Source: Takakia lepidozioides (Eukaryota > Plantae > Bryophyta). Taken from it: a stretch of 64,000 bases of DNA. Both the position numbers and the translations under genes were made by a program. Under the pieces are notes generated by a model. That model was given only the letters and a program-made list of their open reading frames with translations, was not told the origin of the DNA and made no database searches. Shown piece after piece: positions 23,181 through 37,000 of this stretch; the stretch's first letter is position 1; each line of letters opens with the position of its first letter. The stretch lies in contig CM060734.1 in NCBI GenBank assembly GCA_030704615.1, positions 38,812,001-38,876,000 on the forward strand, in the 5' to 3' direction.

Positions 23181-24243
23181 AAATTAAAACAAAAAATGAA
23201 AAGTGTGAACTTCTTACAATTACAATTAGTGAAGCTCCAGTCTGTGAATACATATGGTATTGTCTTTACTATTTTCATGGGTTCCAACCCAAACATGTAG
23301 CATTCGTACCACTTATTCTCTAACTATAAGACTTTAGCATTTTGAACCTCTTCATATGTAGCCCCACTGAGCCTCTCTTCTTTGAGAGATATTTTCTTGG
23401 CTTATCAACGAGCTAGGAAATACAATATGCCAGTTGATTGTAAGTTTGTAAGTAAAGATTTTGAGTCATGTAGGATGGCCGTGTCGAATTAGGTGCAGTT
23501 GTTTGAATATGGCACCTCCTCCACAACAAATGCTTTTGAAATAGGATCGGGAGAGCGACTCAAGAAGAATTATTCTGGAATTGCTGTGGCTATAGGTACA
23601 CCGTGTAAGGGAGAACTAGTCAAACAGGCACTGCACATTTTGAACCAGCAATTCATTTTGGCCACCAACTCCAGCACTTGTGCATTTAAGGGTGTATCAA
23701 GAGTAAAGACCTAGAAACGGGAAAGCAAGTGCATGCCCACATTATCCAAAATGGACTCGAGCCAAATATCCGTCTACTCAACACCTTTGTCAAAAAAAAA
23801 AAAAACTAAGAATGGAGGCTGGAGCACGCACAAAAAACAAAGAGGGAGAGCCTAGAGGTTTAAGGCTTGAAACACAAAGAAGGGCAGCTGGCAGAGCCTC
23901 GGTGAGGCTCCCCTAGGTGGACTTACTAATAAAATTGCTAATAGCTATCAGTAATCTCTGGCAGATTCTCTATTCATAATTTGTATCTTTTAGGCTTTGT
24001 GAGCCTATCCTAGGTGGACTTAGAAATAAAATTACCCCTAATTATCAGAAATTTCTGCCTTTCTTTTGACAGGCACATTTTTTTTTTTTTGCCTTTTTTT
24101 GCCTATCAAATGCCTTGTGACAGGTGCAAAAAATCAGCCTTGGTCGGATTTTCCGACAGAATACTCCCGTATGTATGTATCTATCCCGCCACCTGGACAT
24201 GAAGTCACGTTGTGTGCATGGGGGGTGGGCCATGCCCCCGGTA

Positions 24244-24498
24244 GGGAATTCCAAATAGGCCTTGATGTGAAATGCATCGCAATTCACTTGATCACCCCCC
24301 TAAAAGTGTGCAATTCAATTGAATTGCAAAAACCAGCTTGAAAAGAACCCTAATTTGCAATTCAATTGAATTGCAAACTATAAATTTTTACGTATTTTTG
24401 TATATAACGTATATAATATGTATATATGTATATTCATCGTATATACATATACATATGAGAGTATAAGCTGAATATACAACTATTCCTGCTGCCCGTCC
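24244..24498. repeat. Transposon-end module (GGGAATTCC..., GCAATTCAATTGAATTGC palindromes, TA-rich tract, GCCCGTC)
   Basis: Same orientation as 50471-50768 and inverted relative to 50251-50470 and 51306-51666. Confidence 0.85.
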
Positions 24499-24729
24499 AG
24501 GAATGGGACAGGGGAAATAAATCGACAGTGGGTACTACGAATGGAGCCATGGTGTTTATTGACAGATTTGAATTTGTTTCTAGAGACTTGTGAGCGGGGA
24601 AGTGAGGACCCGGGACAGTGCAGCTGATCCAAAGTTTTTTGTGGATTCTAAAGTAGTTGTGTTTTTCTTAGTTGGTCTTAGGCTTGGATTTTGTTCGGCC
24701 TTCCGCAATTTTGATCAGAAGAATCTGCT

Positions 24730-25121
24730 TCATTCTCGCAACGAAATCCCCCATCACCTTCCACATCGGGGAGACGTCACTCACTCTGCCATTCTCGGTA
24801 GACGTCGCCAAGGGTCTAAGCTCTGCCATCGTCGGCCTCCTGACGACATTTGAAGAGAAGGAGAAGGCCATGAGGCCACGGAGATGGGACACAATGGAGT
24901 ACCGGCAGACAGGAGATGATGGTGTTTTCTTTGAGGTATTTTGCAACCCAAATGCATATGCAATTGCATTCCAGGCCAAAGTTTTGATAACTATCAATGA
25001 TGACAAGATCAAAGTTGCGTCGGAAGGTCAGCTGAGCACCCTCAAGTCTAATGTCGATCAATACGTGGATTCTCAAAGTGAGCCTAGGCTTTGTTCCTCG
25101 AAGCAGTTTAGGTTTTTGTAG
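24730..25121 (+). pseudogene. Intronless fragment of a conserved cyanobacterial/plastid-type hypothetical protein
   Basis: LTLPFSVDVAKGL..MEYRQTGDDGVFFEVFCNPNAYAIAFQAKVLITINDDKIKVASEGQLSTLKSNVDQY resembles, from memory, a small cyanobacterial/green-lineage family with an (L/F)EVFCNPN..F.AKVL motif. The 5' part is out of frame. Confidence 0.55.
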
Positions 25122-26265
25122 TTTTGAGCCAATGTTTCCAAAATGTCTCGAGGGCTTTGATGAGAAGTTTTTTCATCATGCCATGTATAGAAGAGGATGC
25201 AAATGGTTTACCCTAAATGTTCAATGCTGGCAAATGAGCTGCTGCCTTTGCACTACATGAACTAGGGAGAAATAGCAGAAGAATGGCTACTGTCACATTT
25301 TCTAGGAAGAAGAGACTTTAAGGTATCTTCTATGTGCTATCTTCCCAAGGAACCAGTGATGTTAGCTTCAGCCGTGTTGAAAATTTTGACAGCCCCTTCC
25401 TGGACAAACACTTAGGTGAATTTTGGCTCAAGTGATCTACACTTTTGACTCCCTTACATAATGGTAGCCAAGTAGGTTGGTCGTATTCCCTCGGACATGC
25501 TACTTATGGAGTGCCATTACCTATGAGAGGACTTTAGGAAAGAATAACCATAAGAGGGGGTTGCCTCTGATCTAACTATACTATGAGATTTTTCCAATCT
25601 GTTAGGTTGGTGGTATGGTGCATAGTCACTATATATCACTGTGAGGTGTGTTATCTTATCATTTCCAAAACTTAACCTGTCCAAGCTTATAAGGGCTTCT
25701 AAGTTGGACTTCCCTTCCAAGTGGAAGACTTGGACAGCCCTTCGGAATTTTACTATAGGAGATTTAGCAGTATGTCCAGTATACTTAGTGGTTCAATGTG
25801 CTACTTCACTAGGTCTAGTTGACTCTCAAAAAAATTCTCTACTCAAGGAGTTCGCTGGAAAATGCTAACTAGTCATGAACTTTGTCTACAATTAAGGAAT
25901 CAAGCCTAAAAGTAGGAAAACCTCTCAATAATCTTGTGTGTCTTGCATCTCTGGGTCCCCTAAACAATCAAACATTGCTTTATTATCTACAATCACAAGT
26001 ATTCCAACAAGTGAACTTATGGTTGCAGTGCTATGGACAGGCCCCTGTGCAGATCCTTGAGATTCTTGCTCCTGTCCTGCTGCTCTGAGGATGTATTATG
26101 AGGAGAAGTAGAGTTACTTAAGCGAGCTTAAGCTTATGCTTACTGAGCTCAGACATTGCAACAACAACAGGTGTGCAAAGGTGGTGGGCTACGAGCGGCA
26201 TGATCCCAACTCGAAGGGTATGTCTCTATTTCTCCTATGTTTTGAACTAAGGTCTTCTACCGCAA

Positions 26266-26625
26266 GTTGTGGTATCATGGAGTGCAATGATTGCAAGATA
26301 TGCCGCATGGTTGTGGGATGAAGGCTTGGAGACCTATGAGCAAATGGTGCTGAAAGGGGTACAGCCCAACCAAGTAACATTTGTTTGCCTTTGCAATGCA
26401 TATGCAAGCCTAGCAGCCCTGGAAAAAGGCAAAGAAGTCTATGTGATGACATCAGGAAAGCTAGGATTGTACCAAATATTATTCTGGAAAATGCCCGAGT
26501 GGACATATATGCCAGATGTGGGAGTATCCAGGATGCAAAGGGAGTCTTTGACAATATGGCTAAACAAGATGTGGTGTCATGGAGTGCACTGATTGCAGGA
26601 TATGCCAAACATGGTTGTGGGATGG
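26266..26625 (+). pseudogene. PLS-class pentatricopeptide repeat (PPR) gene fragment
   Basis: VVSWSAMI..GVQPNQVTFVCL..ALEKGK, then frameshift, then VDIYARCGSIQDAKGVFDNMAKQDVVSWSALIAGYAKHG. Confidence 0.85.
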
Positions 26626-26974
26626 TAAGTTGTGGTTTACAACTCAGATTGTGATAGTGTAAGACACAAGAATATACGCTGTTGGAGGCAGTACTGTTTT
26701 CTGTTGCTTGTCTTGTACTTGCTTATGGCCCCTCAGCTGAAGGTGTTAATACAAAGCTGATTTAGGCTACCAATGTCCCAAGTGTAGTCTTCATTAACAG
26801 AGCTAAGAGCTAAGATTGTGTCTCTGAGATGTGCAGGTGAGAGTACAAGAAGCCAGCAAAGACACTCGGATTCTTGAGCTTTGCTTGGATCATCTAGGGG
26901 AGGCCAATGCCCTCCCTCTTGTTGAAACGTTGACTATGGTGGAAACCTCAAAGATTGAGGCAGTGGATGTGGTC

Positions 26975-27200
26975 TTTGGAGACCTATGAGCAAATGATGC
27001 TGAAAGGGATAAAGCCCAACTAGGTAACATTCGTTTGCCTTCGCAATGCATAGCAGCCCTAGAAAAGGACAAAGAGGTCTATGCTAACATCTGGAAAGCT
27101 GGGATTATACCAAGTATCATTCTTGAAAATGCCCTTGTGGACATGTATGCCAAATGTGGGGGTATCCAGGATGCAAAACGGAGTGTTTGACAATATGGCT
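26975..27200 (+). pseudogene. Second, more degraded copy of the PPR fragment
   Basis: ttggagacctatgagcaaatgatgctgaaaggg...gtggacatgtatgccaaatgtggg duplicates ~26326-26560. Confidence 0.8.
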
Positions 27201-27629
27201 TGAGTCCACTGATTTCTAACTTTCAGGTCCCCCTTGCCGGTTGTGTGGTAAGGCCCTAGCAATTATACTGCCCTACTCAAACACCTTTGGTCATGAACTG
27301 TCGCATATTGAAGGCTGAGCACAGGGCAGCTAGTGGGAGCTTTGCCAATGTGCAAGGACTCGAGTGGGAAACTTCGATAGGAAATATGACCTTGTCCACT
27401 GTGACTTAAACTGTTATGGATTGTGCTCCTGGGACTTCCATTGGGACCTGTGAGCCAAGCCTACAGGGCATGTGTACCTCAAGGATTTCATATTCTGACA
27501 CTTGTAGAGACTGTGGCCTGCATCACTTCCTGGTAAGGCAAACACACTATAAATGTTAAATACTTTTGTAATCTGAGAAGTAGCTCTGTTGCTTTAGGAC
27601 GAAGGAAACCGCTAGTGAAAAATGACTTG

Positions 27630-28270
27630 CCTTACCTGGAAGGAGGCGAGGACCTCCACACTTTACCACAAGGTGGTTTTGGAAGTTATGTTTGTCCTTC
27701 CAACCCATGAAAGGTCCTTCGCCGCAGACCAAACAAAACCAATGTCCATTCTCCCGTTTGTAGTGCACCCCCTCTTGTGCAAACGATCCACCTAAATAAC
27801 ATAGATAGTGGATGTGTGAAATTAGGCATACCAGGGTTTTAGAAATGGAGATTTCACCTACATGATGATACCTTTGTAAAGATATTTGTCTCTAGGCATC
27901 TATTATACTTCTGTGTTAGCACTACACCTATCCTGCACATAATGCTGATACCTCTGTACATAAAAGACACCTTTTAATACCTCTGTGGAAGTAAAGACGT
28001 TGCATACAATCCAAGCAATAATAGAATGAAAATGTACTTGAAACTAGGAATCCCCTAGGAATCCCAACAGTTGTAAGTAAGCATGAACTTACTTCCTTGC
28101 CCTCCTAGCACTCCTCGCCCTCCTTCTGTTAGCGCCAGCTCTGTCGAGGTAACAGGAGTTGGTACGACGTCATTGTTTGCTACAACAAACACAACCAAAG
28201 ATGAAGGGGCTTCATGACGTCTTGACTTCACTTTGATACGCTTCCCTGTTTTATTGGATCTTCCCATGTT
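27630..28270 (-). pseudogene. Spliced fragment with a CxxC..H..C Zn-finger-like exon; probable transposon accessory gene
   Basis: WFCLVCGEGPFMGWKDKHNFQNHLVVKC. GT-AG-bounded pieces whose introns contain ATACCTCTGT-like motifs resembling the 41 kb and 46 kb arrays. Confidence 0.35.
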
Positions 28271-28989
28271 TAGATACCTTCCTCTCTCTTGAAAAAAACA
28301 ATGTTGTTTGAAAAGCTCGGTGCTCCGAGCTCGTAGCACTGGACCCCTATTCCTATCTTCACAAAAAGACAATGTTGTTATAGGGCATAGAACACACCCT
28401 GAAGTTGTCTACTGCTGCTTGCAAGCTCTTGAGATGTGGCTCTCTTTTTTGCAGATTGGCCAGCAACCTAAGCTTGCAAAGACAATAAACACTCAACACT
28501 CACACTGACCATCGACCTAAACTTAATTCCAAGCATTACAGACCAGCCATGACACAAACACTAACCCCTTCACTCCAATTGTTCTTCGTGTGTTTTGCTC
28601 ACAGACTAGTTTACCAGTTAGGGCCTTCTTGCTCACATCTTCAAAGAATACAAGCACTGCAAACACATGTTGTTGGCTATCAAGGTTCAAGTTACACCCT
28701 TCCAATGGAAATGACACCAGAAACAAAATGAAGCCAACCAGCTCCCTAAACTCATTTCCTAACATTGTTACCCATGCTGAGCACCACATCTGATTGATTC
28801 AGATATGTACTTTGTCACGAGTGGCGCATGTAGCTTCCCTGTACCCACAATAAACCCTGACAATTGTTACAATTTGCACAAAAGCTTGTCAAGTAACTTT
28901 CATACCTACTCTTACCTGGTCGCCCTACGGATGGGAAGAAGAGAAAACAGAATTACCATAGAACGAACATGAAGATCTATGGGGATGTA

Positions 28990-29920
28990 GATAAGAGAAA
29001 GAGGGTGTACGACAACAAGGCGCGTTACAGGTTCAAATTGAAAGCGGAGCGAATGTGGGAAACGGCACAAGGTGGTTCTGGCCATTCTTAAAAGCAAGCG
29101 AGCACCATTGTTGGCAACATTGTTCGATGAAGATGTGTATGACCACTTCGGGATTCGCAAATGGGGAAGGGGCAATTTATCAGCTAAGACCTTGGATGAT
29201 ATCGTGGGTGCGAATACGACTGGTAAGTGGGTGAGGAAAAAACTTGCTCAGTACAAACCGATTAGGGGTTATAAGCAAGACTTGGCACGGTTGAAAAGAA
29301 TCTATAGGGATGGCAAGGATTAATGGAAGATGCCTTGCCGCAAGTTGCGAAAAGAGGTGACAAACAGCTTGCTAACCTACCATGAGGAAGAAAGCTACAA
29401 ACTAAGGTATTATTCTGTCTTTGCATATTTCTTGTTTGTATTGTACATGTGTTCACCAATCAGTGCGATTTCAAACTAACCCTTGTGACTAAATATTTCG
29501 TAGATTGGTGGCGTTGACATTGACAAAGGCAGAGTTTGTCAAGACGTACGTCAATGCAGAGATGGAGAAGTGGAGATTCGTGGATCTCCTTCGTGCCAAA
29601 GCGTGTGCTTTAGCAACCGAGCGCTACAAGAAAAGTGAAAAATGTGAGTGTTCACTTGTCAAATATTTCATGCTATGTTTCTATTCAACATGCAAATTGG
29701 ACTCTAAGACGTGTACTTTGTTTCTATGTTGTGTAGACAAGAAACTAGACATGACGACAATGCAAACACGGAGGATGAAGAAGGGACAAACAATGATGGA
29801 GGAGATGAGGGAGAGGAGGAAGAAACAGATGACGACGATGCAGATGAGGATGAAGCAACATTAAAAGACGAGGAGGAGGAGGAGGAGGAGCATGATGATG
29901 ATGAAGAGGAAGGAATGTAG
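28990..29920 (+). pseudogene. Spliced gene remnant of unknown function ending in a D/E-rich tail
   Basis: ORFs 29072..29323, 29505.. and 29711..29920 linked by GT-AG introns. Acidic C-terminus. Confidence 0.35.
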
Positions 29921-30358
29921 AACAAATCGAATCAAGGCCTCTTTTTTGGCTACCTTCACCTTGTAAGTATGGAGAAAATTTTGAGACTTGTTTGTATGTT
30001 TCTTCTTATTCTCTTTTTGACATTCTAGTTGCCTAAGAGAAGTGCCCAAATAATGGTACAAAGATACGGACTACACTACTCCATTGCAGGGAGGCTATGT
30101 CGTTATTGTCCTACCTAGATGAATGTGGTTTGCAGGCTGTGTAGGCGTCGGGTGGTTTTCCTGGCCTCAAGTATAGCTCCTAGGAACCTTGCTAAATGGG
30201 TGCATACAACATAAAAGTTGTAGGCCGAGGCTATGTACATATTTTGAGGCTCTGGATACAGTGACTGCTTTAGGATTAAGCATGTAAATGGGTACGTTGG
30301 GAGTCCAATTCACTTACTCTTTGGCCATGTTGCTAATCTGGTGCTTGTGCATTTGTAG

Positions 30359-30476
30359 GATTTTAAGCAGAAGTATCCAGACGTGATTGTGCCAAACCCA
30401 CTAGAAGCCATTCAGCAGCTGCGAAACAGGAGTCAATGCTTCAGGATGTGGCCGATCTACCTTTGTGACTGTGGTG
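30359..30476 (+). pseudogene. ITPK1: Isolated exon of inositol-tetrakisphosphate 1-kinase
   Basis: After tttgtag: DFKQKYPDVIVPNPLEAIQQLRNR, frameshift, SMLQDVADL. Matches the plant ITPK (HPEVTVLDPP.AIQ.L.NRQSMLQDVADL) segment. Confidence 0.65.
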
Positions 30477-32399
30477 GTTGGTCTTTCTCCAGTACACAGT
30501 GCCTTAAACCAGCTCTTATATCTATTTGACCTGGAGTTTCGGTTTAGGGGCATCAATTTAATCAATTTTACTCACACTGATAACCAAATTTTGAGTAACC
30601 AGTCATATTGCAGACTTAAGTTAATTTAAATCTCAGTGATTGAGTGAGTGAGTCCACGGCAATGCCTGGATACATGAGAAGTTGACTTGCATTTTGTTGT
30701 TTTCCATTTCCTGCAGTTTTTGGAATTTGAATATGGTCCTGGACGACCATCCGATCTGCTTACTTCTTTTCATAAAGTACCATTTCATTTAATTTCATTT
30801 CATAGCCCCGTGTTTTCATTTTGCTCGTGTTGTTTGCAATCTGAGTATCCCGCAACAAAGAGGAAGATTTAAAGAACTTAGTTGCTGAATTATGTTCTGC
30901 ATGATTCCCACATCTGAGGAACAAGGGAATCACCAGTCATGAAGCAGGTTAGAGGTCTGCTACAAGTGGTGACTTGCGTATGGGCTAATATGGACTTGGT
31001 AGTGATCTTCCTGTGCAGACCTCTGTCCATGTGCTTTTCAATCAATCTTTGGTTCCAGTGCAAAAGAATGTAGAGGTACTGAGCACAAGGGGAAGCAATA
31101 TAACTTGGTGATATAGACTTGACATTGATCTTCCATGTGCAGACCTCTCTCCATGTGCTGCTCATCCACCACTCTACCCACTGCCTGCAAGTCCAAAATA
31201 CCCACAACTGTGAGTTAAAAATGACCATCTCAAAATCTACAATGCTTCCCAACCATCCCCTTAATAAATAACAATGGAACACTTCACCTAAATGCAATAA
31301 AGGCATATTGTTAGCATCCATTCTTCAAGCAGATGTGGCTTAACTCTGCACTCACCATCTCTCTCCCCTCACTCTATTGGACGTTATCAAATCTTAATCC
31401 AGGAAAAATTCATACCTGCTCAATATTGGTTCCTGTGGTGTACTGAGCACCACCTGAAGAGTGCGGTTGCTTTATCTTGGCTTTTCAGACTGCCTGTGCT
31501 AGATCAGTACGACTCTCCTCATGTGTGGAGCACGTGATGTGCTTTGACCAAAATCACTTGGTGCATCCACAACCAACGCTACCTCACATGTCGTTTACCA
31601 TAGAAGAAAGTTGACGGCACTCCATGTACTTACAATAGTGTCGGATGAATCTACACACCTTTTTGCTGCTCCTGGCAGGAAATTTGGCATGCAGATCATC
31701 GGACATCGTACTATGTTTTAAACGTCTCATTGGGAATTCCTGACTGGGTGGTACTTAGGACCTAGTTCTGAAGTCAAGTATGTGTAGCTAGAGAGATCTG
31801 TGGTCCGAGGAGTTATTGAGGTGGGATTGAGGTATAACCAGAAACTTGCAGATCATGTTTGATAATCCCCTCGAGCATGTACTTCGAACATTCTTTAGTT
31901 CTCAATGCCCGTGCGAGGACCCAAGGAATGTGAGTTACTCTGCTGTTGGAGGGCTAAGTGAACAGATTATGGAGCCTCGAGAGTCCATCGAACTGCCTAT
32001 TATGAACCCTACTCACTCGTCCTTCGTGTTGGCATCAACTAACCCACTTGAGGTAATTGATGATCTAAATGTTCTTCGCAAACTGCTGTACATATGAAGG
32101 ATGAACTTTCTAGCAGAGTAGGGGATATCTTCTTGACATTGGTTGATGTCAGTGTTGGCAACGTTGGGTAAGCCTGACAGTGGATCAGGTTATATGCCTT
32201 CCTGTGATTTGTTATCTACTGGACAGGGTGTATTGCTCTATGGGATCCCCAGGAACAGGAACTTAGACACTACTAGTACGAGTTGTAGCTAGCAACAAAT
32301 TATGTTGATGCCGAACTTCTCAAGGTATGATTATATGACAGACAGGGGGTTCTTGTTAGAGACACAAAAACTCCTAAATGATGTGAATATGCACCAACA

Positions 32400-33300
32400 A
32401 ATTAATGGCCTTGGTGGTTGCTGCTTGGTTGTATAGCTCCAAGGATCTCTTGATGTTTACATGGAACTTTGCCTCGAGCGGTGCTTGCAGAAGGAGTGGG
32501 GCTTCAATAATCAATTGATTGTCGTCCAGAAAACTTATGATCTGAAGGCAAACTACTGGAAAGTGTCTCTACATCTGCAAAGTCCAACTAATGCAAATAA
32601 TTCCATCGATAAGTGCCAACGAGCTTTGTCCACAACTATTGGTTCGCAACCCACTAGTACCATGCCAATACACCCACTCCCCTCTCGCTACACATGAGTC
32701 ATAGATGGCAACCACCATCTCCAAGACATCAGGCCTGTCTCGTGCCAAAACCTGAGAGTTGTTGTACCCCACAACAGTGATGGTGTACCCTTTGTCGCAT
32801 GAGCGGTTCAAATCCATGCGAGCCATCATGTATGGAGTTGCAAACTTACATTGCAAGATGCATAGCAATGAAACCAAAGAGGAAAGAAGAGGGAAAGAAT
32901 TGAAATGTCCACTATCCCGAAAATAAAAATGTCTGAAGACAATCACATATCAACCCAAGATCTGGAATGAAGAGGTTGTCCGAGACAAATAAGTGAACGG
33001 ATGTAGCTAGTGTATCTTGCTTTCCAAATGCTTTGATAAAGGCGGGAGGAATGTATAGTCCTCTGTTACAGGGTTGCAAACAATCATGATAGATTGTGGA
33101 GGAAAACAAAAATCCCAATCACACATATAGGGTGGATCATTCTCGTCTGCATGTGAGCTTGGTTGTCGGCCCCCTTCCACGCACAAAAGCCCTCCCGCAC
33201 CTGCGATTACGTCGTGCACCCAGGAATGCCAAGGCTGGCATGATCATCCAGAGCCTTTTCTGCAATGTCGGATCCCTATATTGTTATCACAATCCATTAT
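32400..33300 (-). pseudogene. F-box-associated (kelch-like) gene remnant
   Basis: VIAGAGGLLCV..MIVCNPVTEDYTFLPPL..VAIYDS, typical of plant F-box C-terminal regions. Frameshifted. Confidence 0.55.
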
Positions 33301-33730
33301 CGTTGGTTTGACTAAGAGACTGGTCACTAGATCACCAGTCACACCTTCATAGGAGTGGGCATGTGGCCTGCAAGTGTTGGGCTGCCAATAACAAACCCAC
33401 TACAACGTTGCACTACAGCCAGAATCTCATCACTACTGCAGAACTCAGCATTCATGCTCTCGATTCCCACTCCAGCCTTTGAAATTCCTCAACTTCCACT
33501 CAGCATCCCATGAACCCCACATGCAGCCCGAGTGTTATTACAAGCACGTTATGTGCTTTGGAAAATACTGTTGTTGTAATGAGCCAAAGCCCTCAAACCT
33601 TGGCCAAATGTTTATGCAAACCTCCTTAAACTGCTTGTGAGCTAAATGGGTTTGATGTGCATGCCAGGGCTAGCTCCATCTCATTTTTTTGGGGACCCTT
33701 TGGGAGACAGATGGCTTACTCAGAAAAGCT

Positions 33731-34063
33731 TCAGCTTCCTGTGATTCACTGGCAAATGAAATATGGCTGGCTCTGAAAGAAACAGACAATTTCAAACCTG
33801 ACAATTGATGAATGGCTTCCCCTGAATCATCATGTAGTCTCCTGGCACTAGTATCTGGCCCCCATGACACAACCCCAGAGAAAACAAATGACCTGTTCAT
33901 TTCGAGAATTATCAAAAATAATCTTGTTTCGATACCCTTACAAAGGTATCATGTTGCAGTTGGGCTGTGTGTTCGATAAAGAGTTTAATATATCAACTCT
34001 TAGACGTTGATACTCTTACAGTGGTATCATGTTTGGTATATGTACATAGCCATATATTGGCAC
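33731..34063. repeat. ~330-bp dispersed repeat with an inverted copy at ~50899-51215
   Basis: tcagcttcctgtgattcactggcaaa...gatacccttacaaaggtatcatgttg...tatattggcac matches the reverse complement of 50899-51215. Confidence 0.9.
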
Positions 34064-34080
34064 TATAAGGGCTTGGCAGT

Positions 34081-37000
34081 GGACTTGATACGGGAGTACA
34101 TTAATGTCTCTATGACTAGATGCCGGCCTTGTGACCTCGTGTCCTTGTTTGTTTCGACCTGAAGCGCTTTGCTTCAGGTAAGGTAGTGCATTGGATTTAG
34201 TGGGGCCTTTCCCTCTTTAGAATATGCCTTGCAACTCCCTGGAGTGTGATCTCTGAATGGTAACAAGCGGACTCCTACCGCTTGGAGGCAGCCCCTCCGC
34301 CCAAATTGGGCAGTCGTATGCTCTGTCTAGCATACTCGGCACTTGGGCTCGGGTTGGTTCCTGTGCTTAAACTTATAGCCTGCGAGAACAATAAAAAATT
34401 TAGCTCCTATAAACATCAACACTCCTCATGGTGATCCCTGGGAATTGGTTACTTATGCCAAATCTAGGGCTTCATGTGTAGTTTTTGGGGTGAATCCCAG
34501 GATGGACGATGTGTCCTTTAAAACTACATGCTCTAGCTTAGGCTTGGATTTCATGGCTAATGGTACCATCTCGAGACTTGATAACAGGGGTACGTTGAAG
34601 GTTGCAATGACCAAAAGTGCTTCTAATAGAGTCCCGCATCAATTCAATCTCAAAGAAGTTCGTCCCTTGACTGGCTGGAGAGCGGTCTTAGACATTGGTG
34701 ATTCAATGGGGCGCTCTAGGAAGACAACCAAGGGCAACGACTTCAACTTGAGAGTTTCTAATCGGTTTGATGCTCTGGATGAGGTTGAATCCAAACAGCC
34801 AGAAGGACAAGATGCCCCTAAATGTACGGAACCTGAACGTCCTGAATCTGAAGGATTTGGTACTCTGAATGGTTTACCAATCCTCAAGGTTTACACAAGA
34901 CGAACAAATTCTATACACGGGGTAATTGTCTGCAAGCCGTCATATGGACAATCTGTCCCTAAGTGTGCAGAGCCTGAACGTCGTGTAACTGAAGGATTTG
35001 GTACTCTAAATGGTTTACCAATCCTCAAAGTCTACACAAGACGAGCAAAATCTATACACGGGGTAATTGTCCCCAAACAGTCTGACGGACAATCTGCCCC
35101 TATGTGTGTGGAGCCTGTGCGTCGTGTAACTGAAAGATTTGGTACCCTGAATGGTTTACCAATTCTCAAAGTTTACACAAGACGAGCAAAATCTACACAT
35201 GGGGTAACTGTCCCCCCTTTGCAGAACGGTTGGCCGTCCAGGAGCAATCACAAGCTACCTAGACGACAAACAATTCACACTAATGATATTCATATCTATG
35301 CTGGGCAAGAAACATGGGAAACGTCGGATAAACTGGTTGGAGATGTCAATGGTTATAAATGGGCAGGTAAGATGTGTACTCTCAAGGCAGCCTCTGCCAA
35401 ACGCGGTCAAAAAGGGGTTGGATTCTTTGTCCGTGATTTCTTGTTTGACAATTGTGAAATTATCAACAAGGGTTTGAGGTACGAGCATAGTATCTGGCTA
35501 AAACTGAATCTGAAGGGCGGCATGAGTACAAAGGACCTCTTTGTTGGTTGTGTTTACATGCCCACAGAGGGGACCCTTAGTGCTGACGCAGACAAGGCCT
35601 TCGAAGATGTAAAGCTGGACTGTGCTTCATTCCATGCCAAAGGTCAGGTGGTACTATTGGGGGACTTCAATGCCCGGGTGGGCAAAGGGATCCATCAGGA
35701 TGATATCATTGGACCTTTTGGTGAGGACGAGCTGAATTCTAATGGCAGACAGTTAATTAACTGTCTAGAAGAGCTTCAGTTTTTGACCTTGAATAACAGG
35801 ACAAGAGGTGACCAAGTGCAGTGGACTCGTGAGAAATCCCAAACTGGGGAACGTTCCATTGTGGACTATATCATAATGGACAAAATTTTGTTCCCCCAGT
35901 GTGCCAATGTGTTGATCGACAGAACTGATATTGGTACCTCTGACCACTTCCTGGTTTGGACTGAGATCAAAAGGTGTTTTCCCACCACCAAGAGATCTGT
36001 GAAACGTTCGATTCGGAAGTGGCGCATAGAAAAATTCCACAATGAGGAGGTCAAGGCTGAGTACGTCCAGGCCTTGCAAGAGGCTCTCCCTCATTTTGTC
36101 CAATCGCTCCAAGAACTTCAGTCACGCTCTGTTAACGCAAGAAATGAAGTCGAAAGAGCAATGGACTCTTGGGAGAGTTTCGTTTCCTCCGTGGCTGACA
36201 AGATCATTGGGAGGAAACTAATTGTCTGCGGTAGAGCAGTTAATTGGTGGACCAATGAGATTAAACTCAAGATAGCTGAGAGACGAGCCCTCTATAAAGA
36301 GTGCTGCAATTTGGAAACCAACAGAGAATTGTGGGCGAGGTACTACCAGCTCCGTAAAGATATCAATCAGCTTGTTAGGTCTCAGAAGAAATTATACTGG
36401 GACAAGTTATACAGTGAAATAAACTCAAACCACCATGGTGGTAATGACAAGAAATTCTGGTTGGCCCTTCAACGTTTGTACAAGCCGAAAAACGGTCAGC
36501 AAGTACAGGCGCTGAAGACTACTAAAGGTGCAGTGGTGACTTCATCGGTTGACATTGTCAAAACCTTTGAAACTCACTACAGTATCCTTGGCAGAACTTC
36601 TAGGTCTAACAGTGAGGGGTCTTCTGCTGAATGGAGGGACACAGTTGGAAAAACTGTTCCTATGATTCAAAAACAGCCCTGATGAACTGGAGTATATTTC
36701 AATGGCTTATAATGCTCCCATTAGTTCTTCTGAGATTGCGGAGCAATTGAACATTTAAATGGATATAAAGCTGGTGGACCTGATGGTATTGTCAACGAGC
36801 TTATCAAGCACAGTGGCGATCCCATGATAGAGGCCCTAGTTCTCCTCTTTACCCTTTATCTGGAAGACTGAAATGATCCCCTTTCGCTGGCGACAGGGGG
36901 TCATTGTCAATCTATACAAGAAGGGTGACAGAGAAGAACCGGGGAACTACTGTGGCATCACGCTCCTCAATGCTGTTGGCAAGACATTCTGCAGAGTTAT

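Noticed and set aside
30890-32100. Possible gene fragments (ORFs 30890..31321, 31846..32097)
   Set aside because: Coding-like in places, but no family could be recognised.
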